Shown: piece by piece, positions 1 through 9,983 of the stretch | How positions within the stretch are numbered: the stretch's first letter is position 1 | Layout: each line of letters opens with the position of its first letter | Assembly: GCA_937921735.1 (NCBI GenBank) | Contig: CAKZTQ010000011.1 | Span: forward strand, 1-64,000 | Length of the DNA: 64,000 nt | Direction of reading: 5' to 3' | Source of the DNA: an uncultured archaeon | Lineage (GTDB): Archaea > Hadarchaeota > Hadarchaeia > Hadarchaeales > Hadarchaeaceae | Notes under the pieces: generated by a model | Told to the model about the DNA's origin: nothing | What the model saw: the letters and a program-made list of their open reading frames with translations, nothing else | Databases searched by the model: none | Program-made: the position numbers and the translations under genes

Positions 1-186
1 GGGCAGTGCCATCCAAGTATGGGTCGATGCCGCCCAAAAATGACCGCCAGAATCGGATGCATTACTTTTTCCCGAGAGATCGTTGCGAACAGCACCACGC
101 TACCATTAGCGCCCAATGCAGCGAGAATCAACACGACTGCCATTATTGATGCTGATATCATCCATTGGGAACGATCGACCTTTCAT
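1..186 (-). pseudogene. Possible frameshifted N-terminus of a secreted/membrane protein (runs off window edge)
   Basis: SD-like GGAGG precedes ATG at 186, but that frame stops after 26 codons. The +1 frame gives hydrophobic signal-like MISASIMAVVLILAALGA; after its stop the first frame gives FWAASTHTWMA. Confidence 0.25.
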
Positions 187-264
187 TAACGGTCCTCCCT
201 TTTGCCTGCCGGGCTGGCTATTTAAAAATGTGTTAAGGCAAAAACGGGAGGATATTCTTGGCGC

Positions 265-1215
265 CTATTTTTCGCCGGGTACTTCGCACTCTTCCGGTGC
301 CTTGTCAAATCTAAGCCTCTTGAAGCTGGGCGCGCGGAGTTTGAGGTCAGGCGTTAGCTCCATATATTTCACTTCACACACCAGCTCTGGTTTCACCCAT
401 CTCACCTCGTAGGGCGGTTCAGCTTCAACGGGTTTGGTGTCGGTCAACCTATCCTTGAGCAACTGGGCAATCGACCGGAGAAGTCCCTCGTCGAAGCCGG
501 TGCCGACCTTCCCCAAGTACTCAAGCTTGCCATCGCGGTACGCGGCGAGCGCGAGTGCACCAAAGTAATCCTTACGCCAACCCTCGCCGGGGGTAAAACC
601 CACTATGATACAATCCAGCGTTTTTATCCCCTTGAGCTTCAACCAATCGTGACTTCGCTTGCCGATCTGGTAGGTGCTCTGCTTTCGCTTAGCCATCGCG
701 CCCTCAAGGCCTAGCCTAACCGTTTCCTCGAAAAAGCGCCGACCGTGCTTCTCCACATAGCGCGATAGAAGTATACGCGAGCTTTCCGTGACTATCCTCT
801 CCAGCTCTGCCCGCCTTTGCTCCAGCGGCAACTCGATCAAGGGTTTGCCGTTGAGGTAAAGCAGGTCGAATGCGATGAAGGTGGCCGGCATCGTCTGCGA
901 AAGGAGCTCGATCCTAAGTTCATCTCCGACGTGCTCGCGCGTCTGTAGCAATTTAAAATCGGGCTTGCCGTCCCTCAACACAACTATCTCACCATCTAGG
1001 ATCGCTTCCCTTGCATCGACATCCTCCTTCAGCGTTAGCTCCGGGTAACGATACGTGATGTCCAGCAATCGGCGGTTCTGTAGCCTTAGTTTCTCGCCGA
1101 TGAACGCCAGGGTACGGCTTCCGTCCCACTTGACCTCAAACCAAAAATCCTCCGAGTCGAAGGGCTCCGAGCTATAAGCAAGCATGGGCTTGATCTTACG
1201 ATGCATCCAGCTCAA
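265..1215 (-). CDS. ligD: ATP-dependent DNA ligase, LigD/LigC-type ligase domain (NHEJ)
   Basis: PMLA start, motif I EVKWDGSR, LDGEIV, FDLLYLNG, EGAMAKR, WLKLK, GKVGTGF, LRAPSFKRLRFDK. No polymerase or phosphoesterase domain. Start may be ATG 1206. Confidence 0.92.
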   Translation of the reverse strand: MSWMHRKIKPMLAYSSEPFDSEDFWFEVKWDGSRTLAFIGEKLRLQNRRLLDITYRYPELTLKEDVDAREAILDGEIVVLRDGKPDFKLLQTREHVGDELRIELLSQTMPATFIAFDLLYLNGKPLIELPLEQRRAELERIVTESSRILLSRYVEKHGRRFFEETVRLGLEGAMAKRKQSTYQIGKRSHDWLKLKGIKTLDCIIVGFTPGEGWRKDYFGALALAAYRDGKLEYLGKVGTGFDEGLLRSIAQLLKDRLTDTKPVEAEPPYEVRWVKPELVCEVKYMELTPDLKLRAPSFKRLRFDKAPEECEVPGEK

Positions 1216-1224
1216 GTAATCGAC

Positions 1225-2028
1225 CTAACTCGCCGCAGTTTGTTTTTGCTCCTTCTTGAGTGCCTGCACGCTTGCTTGCAGGGCCTTCATTAAATCGACG
1301 GTGGCCACTACCTCCACCGGCTTGGCGGCTGGGACTTGAACTCCCTCCGCTTTCTGCTTGATGAGTTGCATGACCGCTTGGCGGTAGCTATCGACGTATT
1401 CCTCAGGCCTGAACTCACCGCTCAAATGCTCTATCAAAACCTTCGCGAGCTCCAGCTCTTGCTCTTTCAGCTCGACCGGCTTTCCCAGCTCTTCGATCTT
1501 ATCGATGTCGATCACCTCGTTCGGGTAATGGAGCGTGGTCATGATCAAACCCTTTTGGTACGGTCTTACCGCCACGACGTGTTCCTTATTGTGGATGACC
1601 ACCCTCCCTATCGCTACCTTATTGGTAAGCGCCAAGACGTCGCGTAGTAGCGAGTAGGCCTTCTCCCCACCCTCGTCAGGCGCGAGGTAGTAATGCGTGT
1701 TAAAGTAAATGGAATCTATAGCTGCAGAATCCACGAACTTTTGAATGTCGATGTTTTTCACGGTCTTGAGCTGGAGCCCCTCGAGCTCTTCTTTAGTTAT
1801 GGGGATGAACTTGTTCTTGGTTATTTCGAAGCCCTTATCTATTTCGTTCCATCCGACCTCGCGATCGCACGTTGGGCACCATCGCTTGTACTTCAAGGGA
1901 GTGTGGCACTCGCTGTGGAGCATGCTAAAGGAGATCGCCCGGTCCTTGGTTGCAGCGTAGAGCTTTACGGGTATGTTCACGAGTCCGAACACTAGCGAAC
2001 CCTTCCATATGGCTCTAGGCATGTCCAC
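1225..2028 (-). CDS. ku: Ku DNA end-binding protein (prokaryotic type)
   Basis: RAIWKGSLVFGLVNIPVKLYAAT, YYLAPD..GEKAYSLL, C-terminal VDLMKALQAS. Probable start ATG 2022. Confidence 0.96.
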   Translation of the reverse strand: MDMPRAIWKGSLVFGLVNIPVKLYAATKDRAISFSMLHSECHTPLKYKRWCPTCDREVGWNEIDKGFEITKNKFIPITKEELEGLQLKTVKNIDIQKFVDSAAIDSIYFNTHYYLAPDEGGEKAYSLLRDVLALTNKVAIGRVVIHNKEHVVAVRPYQKGLIMTTLHYPNEVIDIDKIEELGKPVELKEQELELAKVLIEHLSGEFRPEEYVDSYRQAVMQLIKQKAEGVQVPAAKPVEVVATVDLMKALQASVQALKKEQKQTAAS

Positions 2029-2170
2029 CCCTCAGTTTTTTATAAGGGCGGGTGGGGTTTATCCCTTCCGCTCCCCTCGACGGTAAGCCCCTCGCCCCGT
2101 TCAGGCCATTAGGAGGTGGATTAGCTGGTATTTTTACCAAAAAAGAGAGGAGAAATTCTGGGGTTATTGC

Positions 2171-3016
2171 GTGGAGCTGGTCTTTTTAGGAGCCGGAGGA
2201 GGAAGATATATGACAGTGGACCAAGTTTTTAAGACGGGCGGTTTTCGCGTTCACGGTCAAGTAAAGATACACGTGGATCCTGGTCCCGGGGCGTTGCTGT
2301 TGACGCACGAGCATGGTCTAAATCCCCTCGATTTGGACTGCGTCGTCGTGACCCACTGCCACCCCGACCACTACACGGATGCCGAGGTCCTCATCGAGGC
2401 GATGACCCAACATACGACGAAGAAGCGTGGCGTGTTGATAGGTAGCCCCAGTGTGCTTCAGGGGACGGAAAAGTTTGGACCGGCCATCTCGAGGTATCAT
2501 CAGAGCAAGGTCGCCGAGGTGGTCACCCTCCAGCCGGGCACGACGTACGAGCTCGGGGATCTCAAGCTGGAGGCAACGCCCACGCAGCACAGTGAACCCA
2601 CAACCTTTGGGCTCAAGTTCCATTCCCGCAATGGGGTGGTGGGCTACACCAACGATACGCAGTATTTCGACGGTCTCGAGGATAACTTCAGGGACGTCCG
2701 CGTGCTGGTGGCGAACGTTACCAGACCGCTCGGTATGCGCATTCGTTGGCATCTATGCACCGACGACCTCATCGCACTTTTGAAGCGGATAAGGCCGGAG
2801 CTGGTTGTGATGGTGCACATGGGCATGCTCTTCTTGAGACATCCTCCGGCGAAAGAGGCAGCTCGGATCAAGGAGGAAACCGGTGTCGAGGCCGTGCCCG
2901 GTTATGACGGCTTACGCGTGATCATGGAGGAGGAGATAACGGTCAAGCGACCGATCAAACAGCCTAGCCTAGAAGATTTCGCGAAGCGCGTCCCAAAGTT
3001 CGTGGGAGGGGAATGA
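2171..3016 (+). CDS. Metallo-beta-lactamase-fold hydrolase
   Basis: FLGAGGGR, HVDPGPGA, THCHPDH (HxHxDH), GYTNDT. Confidence 0.88.
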   Translation: MELVFLGAGGGRYMTVDQVFKTGGFRVHGQVKIHVDPGPGALLLTHEHGLNPLDLDCVVVTHCHPDHYTDAEVLIEAMTQHTTKKRGVLIGSPSVLQGTEKFGPAISRYHQSKVAEVVTLQPGTTYELGDLKLEATPTQHSEPTTFGLKFHSRNGVVGYTNDTQYFDGLEDNFRDVRVLVANVTRPLGMRIRWHLCTDDLIALLKRIRPELVVMVHMGMLFLRHPPAKEAARIKEETGVEAVPGYDGLRVIMEEEITVKRPIKQPSLEDFAKRVPKFVGGE

Positions 3017-3083
3017 GGTCGCAACAGCAACTGATTTTTAAGATTTGAGTCCAGTTTGTATGGTCCATGGTCGGAGGGGAAAC

Positions 3084-5759
3084 ATGGAGATACCGAAGGA
3101 CTACGACCCGCTGAAGGTGGAACCTAAATGGCAGAGGAGATGGGAGGAGTTGGGCATATACCGCTTCAGGCGGGAGGACTTCAAAACCCCAACCTACGTG
3201 ATAGATACCCCACCACCCTATCCCTCGGGCGAGTTCCACATGGGTACGGCGCTGAATTGGACTTACTTCGACATCGTAGCGCGGTATAAACGCATGCGGG
3301 GTTACAATGTTTTCTTCCCTCAGGGCTGGGACTGCCACGGTCTGCCGACCGAGGTACAGGTCGAGCGGCGCTATGGTATACGCAAGGGCGATCTACCTCC
3401 GGAGAAGTTTCGGGAACTCTGCGTCAAGCTCACCGAGGAGAACATCGCCCACATGCGAGAGGAGATGCGCTCGTTGGGCTTCTCCATAGATTGGACGACG
3501 GAGTACCGCACTATGGACCCGAGCTATTACCGCAAGACCCAGCTTTCCTTCGTGCAGCTTTACAAGAAGGGTTTGATCTATAGGGGCGAACACCCCGTCA
3601 ACTGGTGTCCTAGGTGCGAGACAGCGATCGCAGACGCGGAGGTGGAGTACGAGGAACGGGAAGCTGCCCTTAACCACATCAAGTTCAAGGTACACGGCGA
3701 GGACGACTACCTCATCATCGCCACTACTAGGCCTGAGTACCTCCACGCGTGCGTGGTCGTTGCAGTTCATCCTGAGGACGGACGCTACCAAAAGTATGTG
3801 GGCAAGAAGCTTGAAGTGCCGCTGTTCGGCCAAGTCGTGGAAGTGATAGCCGATCACGAGGTGGATCCAGAGTTCGGTACGGGTGTGGTGATGGTTTGCA
3901 CCTTTGGCGACAAGACGGACGTCCGCTGGGTGAAGCGCCACAGGCTCCCCGTGGTCAGGGCGATCGATGAACGAGGGCGAACCACCGAAGCCGCTGGCAA
4001 GTACGCTGGGTTGACGTTGGAAGAGTGCAAGAAAAAGGTGATCGAGGATCTGAGCGAGGTGGGCCTCTTGGTGAGGCAGGAAAAGCTCAAGCAGAGCCTC
4101 GGCACTTGTTGGCGATGCAAGACGCCCGTGGAGATCCTATCGAAGCCCCAATGGTTCATGCGCGTGCTTCAGCTCAAGGACGAGGCGATAGAGGGCGCCA
4201 AGCGGGTGCGCTGGGTACCTGAGTACATGCGAACGCGCCTCATCGATTGGATAGAATCGATGGACTGGGATTGGGTGATCTCAAGGCAGCGTTTGTTCGC
4301 CACGCCAATACCAGTTTGGTATTGTTCGAGCTGCGGGGAGCCGGTAGTAGCCAGCGAGGAACAGCTGCCCGTGGACCCGGTTAAGGACCAACCGCCGGTC
4401 GGGAGGTGCCCGAGATGTGGGGGGGAGCGCTTCGAGCCCGAGAGGGACGTGCTCGACACTTGGATGGATAGCTCGATAACGATCGCGGTCCACGCCGGCT
4501 GGCCCGAGATAGACCGAAGGCTGTTTCCGGCTGACCTTCAGCCCAATGGCACGGACATCATCAGGACTTGGGACTATTACTTACTCGTCCGCCACCTCGC
4601 GTTATTGGGGGAGGTTCCTTACAGGACGGTCCTGATCAACGGCATGGTATTCGGCGAGGATGGGCGGAAGATGTCGAAATCGCTGGGCAACTACGTCGAT
4701 ACCACGTTCGCACGTAGCAAGTATGGCGCGGATGCGCTCAGGCAGTGGGCGGCAATAGGGGCCTCCACGGGCTCGGATGTGCCATTTTCGTGGAAGGACG
4801 TGGATTACGGCTATAGATTCCTGAGGAAGTTTTGGAATGCCGCGCGATTCGCCGGCCTCAACTTTTCTGGAGCAAAGGTCCTAGAGATGGACCCGAGCGA
4901 GCTGGAGTTCAGACCAGCGGATAGATGGATCTTAAGCCGTTTAAACCGCTTGGTCGAGCAAGTGACAAATTACTTGGAGGAATTTCAATTCAACCGGGCG
5001 CTCAGCGCCATCCAGACCTTCATCTGGCATGAGTTCTGCGACATGTATATCGAGGAGGTCAAACATCGCCTCTACGGCGGGGACCCGACGGCGGACGCGG
5101 CTAGGTACACGCTTTACACGGTCGTTTTGACGGCCACCAAGCTGCTTGCGCCCTTTGTCCCGCATTTTGCGGAAGAGGTTTATCAAACCTACTTCGCGGC
5201 GGATTATCCATATCCAAGCGTCCACGTCTCGGACTGGCCAATGCCAGATAAGCGATTCGTGGATGAGACGAGCGAGAAGGTCGGTGAGCTAATGAACCTC
5301 GTGATCAGCGCCGTTCGTCAGTTCAAATCTGAGCGCGGGATGGCTTTGAGCAAAGGGCTGGCGGCAGTGGAGATCTATACCCAGAGCCCTAAGATAGCCA
5401 AGTTGCTTACTCAGGCGAGCGACGATATCAAAGGCACGATGAGATTAGATAGGTTTGACGTCATAGTCGGCAGACCGAAACTTGCCGAGCGGATCATAGC
5501 CATCGAGCCAAATATGTCGGTGCTCGGGCCGCGCCTGCGCAAGGACGCGAAGCTTGTGGTACAGGCCTTAAAAGCAGCTGACCCAGACGAACTAGCAAAG
5601 CAGCTCGACGAAGGGAGCCTCTTGTTGCAGGTGGACGGAAGAGAGTTCAAACTAACGCTTGATGAGGTTAGGGTGATAAAGGAAACCGCCAAGGGAGGGC
5701 AAAAGGTTGAGGTTGTGGATATCCCAGAGCCCCCCATGACGCTATTGATCACTCTATAG
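3084..5759 (+). CDS. valS: Valine--tRNA ligase (archaeal type)
   Basis: IDTPPPYPSGEFHMGT (HIGH-like), GWDCHGLPTE, DWVISRQR, KMSKS. Start moved to ATG 3084 after GGAGG. Confidence 0.96.
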   Translation: MEIPKDYDPLKVEPKWQRRWEELGIYRFRREDFKTPTYVIDTPPPYPSGEFHMGTALNWTYFDIVARYKRMRGYNVFFPQGWDCHGLPTEVQVERRYGIRKGDLPPEKFRELCVKLTEENIAHMREEMRSLGFSIDWTTEYRTMDPSYYRKTQLSFVQLYKKGLIYRGEHPVNWCPRCETAIADAEVEYEEREAALNHIKFKVHGEDDYLIIATTRPEYLHACVVVAVHPEDGRYQKYVGKKLEVPLFGQVVEVIADHEVDPEFGTGVVMVCTFGDKTDVRWVKRHRLPVVRAIDERGRTTEAAGKYAGLTLEECKKKVIEDLSEVGLLVRQEKLKQSLGTCWRCKTPVEILSKPQWFMRVLQLKDEAIEGAKRVRWVPEYMRTRLIDWIESMDWDWVISRQRLFATPIPVWYCSSCGEPVVASEEQLPVDPVKDQPPVGRCPRCGGERFEPERDVLDTWMDSSITIAVHAGWPEIDRRLFPADLQPNGTDIIRTWDYYLLVRHLALLGEVPYRTVLINGMVFGEDGRKMSKSLGNYVDTTFARSKYGADALRQWAAIGASTGSDVPFSWKDVDYGYRFLRKFWNAARFAGLNFSGAKVLEMDPSELEFRPADRWILSRLNRLVEQVTNYLEEFQFNRALSAIQTFIWHEFCDMYIEEVKHRLYGGDPTADAARYTLYTVVLTATKLLAPFVPHFAEEVYQTYFAADYPYPSVHVSDWPMPDKRFVDETSEKVGELMNLVISAVRQFKSERGMALSKGLAAVEIYTQSPKIAKLLTQASDDIKGTMRLDRFDVIVGRPKLAERIIAIEPNMSVLGPRLRKDAKLVVQALKAADPDELAKQLDEGSLLLQVDGREFKLTLDEVRVIKETAKGGQKVEVVDIPEPPMTLLITL

Positions 5760-5847
5760 AAGTTTGATGTAGCACAGATCTGAAAAAATATATCACAACA
5801 AGCTCGAGATCCTTCATTCTGACCTGATGTAAAAATCGGCCCATGGT

Positions 5848-6045
5848 CTAGCTAGGGGATGTACGGGCCGAGAGCAACAAGAAGATCGCGAAGATCGCGA
5901 TAAAAAATATGAGCATGAAGATCCTTGAGCGTGAAATCTGTTTTTGGCGTTGCTTGAAGGTATTCTCGCATTCGGTTGAACAAAAATGTTTGTCGGGAGC
6001 CACAGCCCGCCCACATACTACGCAATGTTTATGATCCTCTACCAT
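5848..6045 (-). CDS. DUF2116-like Zn-ribbon membrane protein
   Basis: HKHCVVCG..FCSTEC plus C-terminal TM helix; follows pyrH as commonly seen in archaea. Confidence 0.8.
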   Translation of the reverse strand: MVEDHKHCVVCGRAVAPDKHFCSTECENTFKQRQKQISRSRIFMLIFFIAIFAIFLLLSARTSPS

Positions 6046-6049
6046 CCAT

Positions 6050-6754
6050 TCACCCCGGTAAAATGGTAGTGCCACTGTGGCTGCCTCCCTCGATTATTTG
6101 AGGCAGTCGCTTGATCTCACTCCTGCCCAGGACGAGGGTCTTAATCCGAGCTTGCTCGATGATCTTGGCGCCCACTGGATCAACGATCACCTTTATGCCT
6201 GGCCGCATTTTAATGCTTGCCGTCATCCTCACCAAATCTCGAGCGCTCATCCTCTCGATCTTCTTCGCGTTTGGATCGAGCTTAGGGTCAGCGGTGTAAA
6301 CTCCATCGACATCCGAAAAGAATATGAGTAGCTCGGACTTGCTGGAGTTGGCGAGCATCGCGGCCACGGCGTCGGTCGTGTGCCCTGGAACCGTGCCCCC
6401 CATGACCGGGATCTTGCCTCTTAGCATCGCCCTAATGGCCGCGTCAAATGTGGTGGCAGGGTTTTGCTCCGCTAGCTCTCCCAGCGCAGCGATTATCAGG
6501 CGAGCATTTAACCGTGTAACATCTATGCCGATGGTATCACAAAAGGCGTCGGGAGTCTTAAACTTCTTTGCCGCTTCGATATACGCCCGCGATGTTGCCC
6601 CGCCGCCGACCACGACCAGAACCTCATGTCCCCTTCTCCTGAGCTCTCGCAGCGCTTCGGCTATCTCGGTTATGCAGCCCACATCCGGCGCGGTCGGCAC
6701 GACTATTGAACCACCAAAGCACAACGTCGCCCGCATCGCACCGCCGATGACCAT
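6050..6754 (-). CDS. pyrH: UMP kinase
   Basis: FGGS, VVVGGG, GGTVPGHTTDAVAA, DVDGVYTADPK. Confidence 0.93.
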   Translation of the reverse strand: MVIGGAMRATLCFGGSIVVPTAPDVGCITEIAEALRELRRRGHEVLVVVGGGATSRAYIEAAKKFKTPDAFCDTIGIDVTRLNARLIIAALGELAEQNPATTFDAAIRAMLRGKIPVMGGTVPGHTTDAVAAMLANSSKSELLIFFSDVDGVYTADPKLDPNAKKIERMSARDLVRMTASIKMRPGIKVIVDPVGAKIIEQARIKTLVLGRSEIKRLPQIIEGGSHSGTTILPG

Positions 6755-6804
6755 TTAGGCGGCATGCTATTAATCCCCGCGGTCGAAGGATAAGTGGCGA
6801 TGAT

Positions 6805-8058
6805 ATGTCCGCCGAAAGCATGAGGCGGTATCAATTCAGGCGCCTATTGGACGAGCTGGCAAGCAAGCGCGGGCGAGGGACTGAGCTCATCTCAGTCTAC
6901 ATCACCCCAGATTTCGATCTCAACAAGGTGGTGCAACAGCTTCGGGAGGAACAGGGCACGGCGGCTAACATTAAATCTAAGAGCACGCGAAAAAACGTGA
7001 TCGGAGCACTTGAGAAGATAATTCAATTCCTTCGAACGTACATTGAGGTTCATAGGCGTCCACCGCCCAACGGCATGGCGATATTCTGCGGCAACGTTGC
7101 GGGTCGGGAAGATATCGCGGACATCCAGCTCTACTGGGTGGAACCGCCCGAGCCGATAACCACTCGAATGTATCGCTGCGATCAGGAGTTCGTCCTTGAA
7201 CCCCTTCGGGAGATGCTCCAAGTCAAGGAGACCATCGGGTTGCTCGTCTTGGACCGACGCGAGGCGACGCTGGCCACGCTGCGTGGTAAGCACATAGATA
7301 TCATCCGCACTCTGACATCAGGGGTCCCCGGAAAGCACCGCCATGGCGGTCAATCCGCGAGGCGGTTCGAGCGATTGATAGAGATCGCCGCATATGAATT
7401 CCTTAAGCGTATAGCCGAAGCAGCCAACGACGCGTTTTCCCAAGTGCCCGACTTGCGCGCCGTGCTCATCGGTGGTCCTGGGCCGACTAAAGAGGAGTTC
7501 CTCAAGAGCGAACTGTTGCGCGATGATATAAGAAAGAAAGTAGTTGCCCTCATAGACACTGGCTACACGGATGAGCAGGGCATAAAGGAACTCGTCAACA
7601 AATCTGGCGAAGTTTTGGCGGACTTGGATATTATGAAGGAGAAATCCCTCATGCAACGTTTCATGTCCGAGCTGGTGAGTGGCAATGACTTGGTGGCTTA
7701 TGGAGAGGAAGAAATAAGGCGCGCCCTCGAGCGAGGTGCCGTCCAACTACTCTTGATCTCCGAGGCCCTTAGGCGCTATCGTGTCCTCGTGCGATGTCAA
7801 GCGTGCAACCATGAGCTTCAGGAAACGGTGGAGGATCTAGAAATTTATAAACGGCAGTTGATGTTTAAGCCCTGCCCCAGTTGCGGCGAGACCAAGCTCT
7901 CGATCGCCGAGAGCAGAGATATGGTCCAAGAGCTATGCGAGCTCGCCGATAGGTTCGGCGCGGATGTGGAGTTCATCTCAACGGAGACGGAGGAGGGAAA
8001 GCAGCTCCAGTTGGCGTTCAAGGGTTTGGCCGCGTTGTTACGATTTAAGGTCAGTTAA
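6805..8058 (+). CDS. prf1: Peptide chain release factor aRF1
   Basis: GRGTELIS, NIKS, YRCD and GGQS motifs; C-terminal Zn-ribbon minidomain. Confidence 0.97.
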   Translation: MSAESMRRYQFRRLLDELASKRGRGTELISVYITPDFDLNKVVQQLREEQGTAANIKSKSTRKNVIGALEKIIQFLRTYIEVHRRPPPNGMAIFCGNVAGREDIADIQLYWVEPPEPITTRMYRCDQEFVLEPLREMLQVKETIGLLVLDRREATLATLRGKHIDIIRTLTSGVPGKHRHGGQSARRFERLIEIAAYEFLKRIAEAANDAFSQVPDLRAVLIGGPGPTKEEFLKSELLRDDIRKKVVALIDTGYTDEQGIKELVNKSGEVLADLDIMKEKSLMQRFMSELVSGNDLVAYGEEEIRRALERGAVQLLLISEALRRYRVLVRCQACNHELQETVEDLEIYKRQLMFKPCPSCGETKLSIAESRDMVQELCELADRFGADVEFISTETEEGKQLQLAFKGLAALLRFKVS

Positions 8059-8742
8059 ACCGAGCACGACCGGCAGTTCATTTATATTTTTTAATATCAA
8101 ATCCGGGGAGACCTTCCTCAACTCATCTAAGTCAGAGGACCCGGATAGAACGGCCACGGTCCTTAGGCCCAGCTCTTTAGCGGATTTCATATCCTCGGCA
8201 TAGTCGGCGACGAGAACGGAGCTCGCAGGTTTCGCCCGGAGTTTATCTAGCACCTGAATTATCTCTTGGTTTCTTGAGAACAGCTCCGCCGGCTTAAGCA
8301 GTTTCACGACAAGTTTTTTCGTTACCACGACGTCGAACAAATTTTTCAAACCCTGCTCACGTAGCTCTTCTAGAACCTCATCAGGCTCACAAAGCCTACC
8401 GGTTATTAAGCCGATCTTGATCCCGGCTTCCCTCAGGGTAGCCAACGTCTCCTTAACACCGGGGAAAACCTTCGAAAGCTCCCTATGAGCGCCGCAATAT
8501 GAACTGAGAAAAACAATCCAGAACGTGTGTTTATCCTCGAGCTCGATGAGTTCGTCTAGCCGATTCCTCTTGAACTTCTGCATGAACAGGTCCTTCCTAA
8601 CGGCTGGGAGGTTGTACACCTTAAGGGTATCAAGAAATACGTGGTAGAATCGCTCTTCGACGCTTATGAGCGTGCCGTCTAAATCGAATATCACGGCTTC
8701 TATATCCTTTAGCAAACGAACACCTACGTGCCAAATTGCCAA
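8038..8742 (-). CDS. HAD-superfamily hydrolase (phosphatase)
   Basis: IFDLDGTL motif I, ITG motif II, VADYAED motif IV variant. True start probably slightly downstream. Confidence 0.85.
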   Translation of the reverse strand: MAIWHVGVRLLKDIEAVIFDLDGTLISVEERFYHVFLDTLKVYNLPAVRKDLFMQKFKRNRLDELIELEDKHTFWIVFLSSYCGAHRELSKVFPGVKETLATLREAGIKIGLITGRLCEPDEVLEELREQGLKNLFDVVVTKKLVVKLLKPAELFSRNQEIIQVLDKLRAKPASSVLVADYAEDMKSAKELGLRTVAVLSGSSDLDELRKVSPDLILKNINELPVVLGLTDLKS

Positions 8743-9983
8743 GATTTCAAATATCTGACTTGTTCAGAAGTTAGCTCCTCGAGCTCGATGCCCATCGATT
8801 TCAGCTTTAGCTCTGCCACCTTATGGTCTATCTCCACTGGAACATCGTAGACCTTGTCCTCCAGCTCCGACCCGTGTTTGAGAAGGTATTCGACGCTTAA
8901 GGCTTGCAATGAGAAGCTCATATCCATTATCTCGATCGGGTGCCCAAGGGATTTCTCCCCAGCTAAGTTGACGAGCCGCCCCTGGGCGAGCAAGTAGAGG
9001 CGCCTGTCGTCTTTGAGCCGGAATTCCTCGATGTCGCTGAGGACCTCGCGCCGTTTCGCGGCGAGCTTTGATAGACCTTCAACGTCGATCTCAACGTTAA
9101 AGTGGCCGGCATTGCAAAGGATCGCACCATTTTTCATGAGACGCATGTGTTCGGCCCTTATGACGTTCTTATTGCCGGTTGCGGTTATGAAGATATCACC
9201 TATGCGCGCCGCTTTCGACATCCTCATCACCCTAAAGCCGTCCATCGCAGCCTCAAGCGCCTTGATTGCATCGCTCTCGACGACCACAACGATCGCGCCA
9301 AGCCCCTTAGCCCTAGAAGCGATGCCCCTCCCCACGAAACCGTAGCCCACTACCACCACCGTTTTACCAGAGATCGAGGTGTTGGTAATGCTCATGAGAG
9401 CTTGGAGCGTGGATTCGGCCGTACCGAAGCGGTTATCGAACAGCCGCTTGGCGGGCGAGTCGTTAACGGCGATGACCGGAAACTTGAGCGTGCCGTCCCT
9501 TTCCATGGCTCTTAGTCTGTTGACGCCTGTGGTCGTCTCTTCGGCTGCGCCCACGATGTGCGAGATGAGCTCGGGGCGCTTGGCGTGGACGAGCGAGATC
9601 ATATCAGCTCCGTCGTCGATCAGCACTCGAGGCCTGCAGTCGAGGACTCTGTTGAGGTTTGCGTAATATTCGACCTCGCTCTCCCCCCGCCAGGCGTATA
9701 CTCTGAAACCATCCTTCGCCAGCGCGGCAGCTACCTCGTCTCGGGTAGAGAGCGGATTACAGCCCGCCAGCGCGATCTCGGCGCCACCCTCAGCGAGCGT
9801 GCGCATCAGCACCGCGGTCTTCGCCTCGACGTGTAGCGCTGCGCCTACGGTTATGCCCTTGAGCGGTTTTGTTCGGGAGAACTCCTCGCGGATGGTGGCA
9901 AGGACTGGCATGTGGAGCTCCGCCCACTCTATCATCTGCTCGCCCTTTGGAGCGAGCTTGATGTCTTTAACTTTGTACTTCAT
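8724..9983 (-). CDS. ahcY: Adenosyl/inosyl-homocysteinase
   Basis: [53 protein letters not shown]. Confidence 0.95.
   Translation of the reverse strand: MKYKVKDIKLAPKGEQMIEWAELHMPVLATIREEFSRTKPLKGITVGAALHVEAKTAVLMRTLAEGGAEIALAGCNPLSTRDEVAAALAKDGFRVYAWRGESEVEYYANLNRVLDCRPRVLIDDGADMISLVHAKRPELISHIVGAAEETTTGVNRLRAMERDGTLKFPVIAVNDSPAKRLFDNRFGTAESTLQALMSITNTSISGKTVVVVGYGFVGRGIASRAKGLGAIVVVVESDAIKALEAAMDGFRVMRMSKAARIGDIFITATGNKNVIRAEHMRLMKNGAILCNAGHFNVEIDVEGLSKLAAKRREVLSDIEEFRLKDDRRLYLLAQGRLVNLAGEKSLGHPIEIMDMSFSLQALSVEYLLKHGSELEDKVYDVPVEIDHKVAELKLKSMGIELEELTSEQVRYLKSWQFGT

Noticed and set aside
5737-5845. TGATGT/CTGA motifs after valS resembling C/D boxes
   Set aside because: Spacing and box order do not give a convincing C-D'-C'-D unit, and no recognisable guides were found
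7780-7900. Zn ribbon inserted in the aRF1 C-terminal domain
   Set aside because: Known minidomain variant in archaeal release factors
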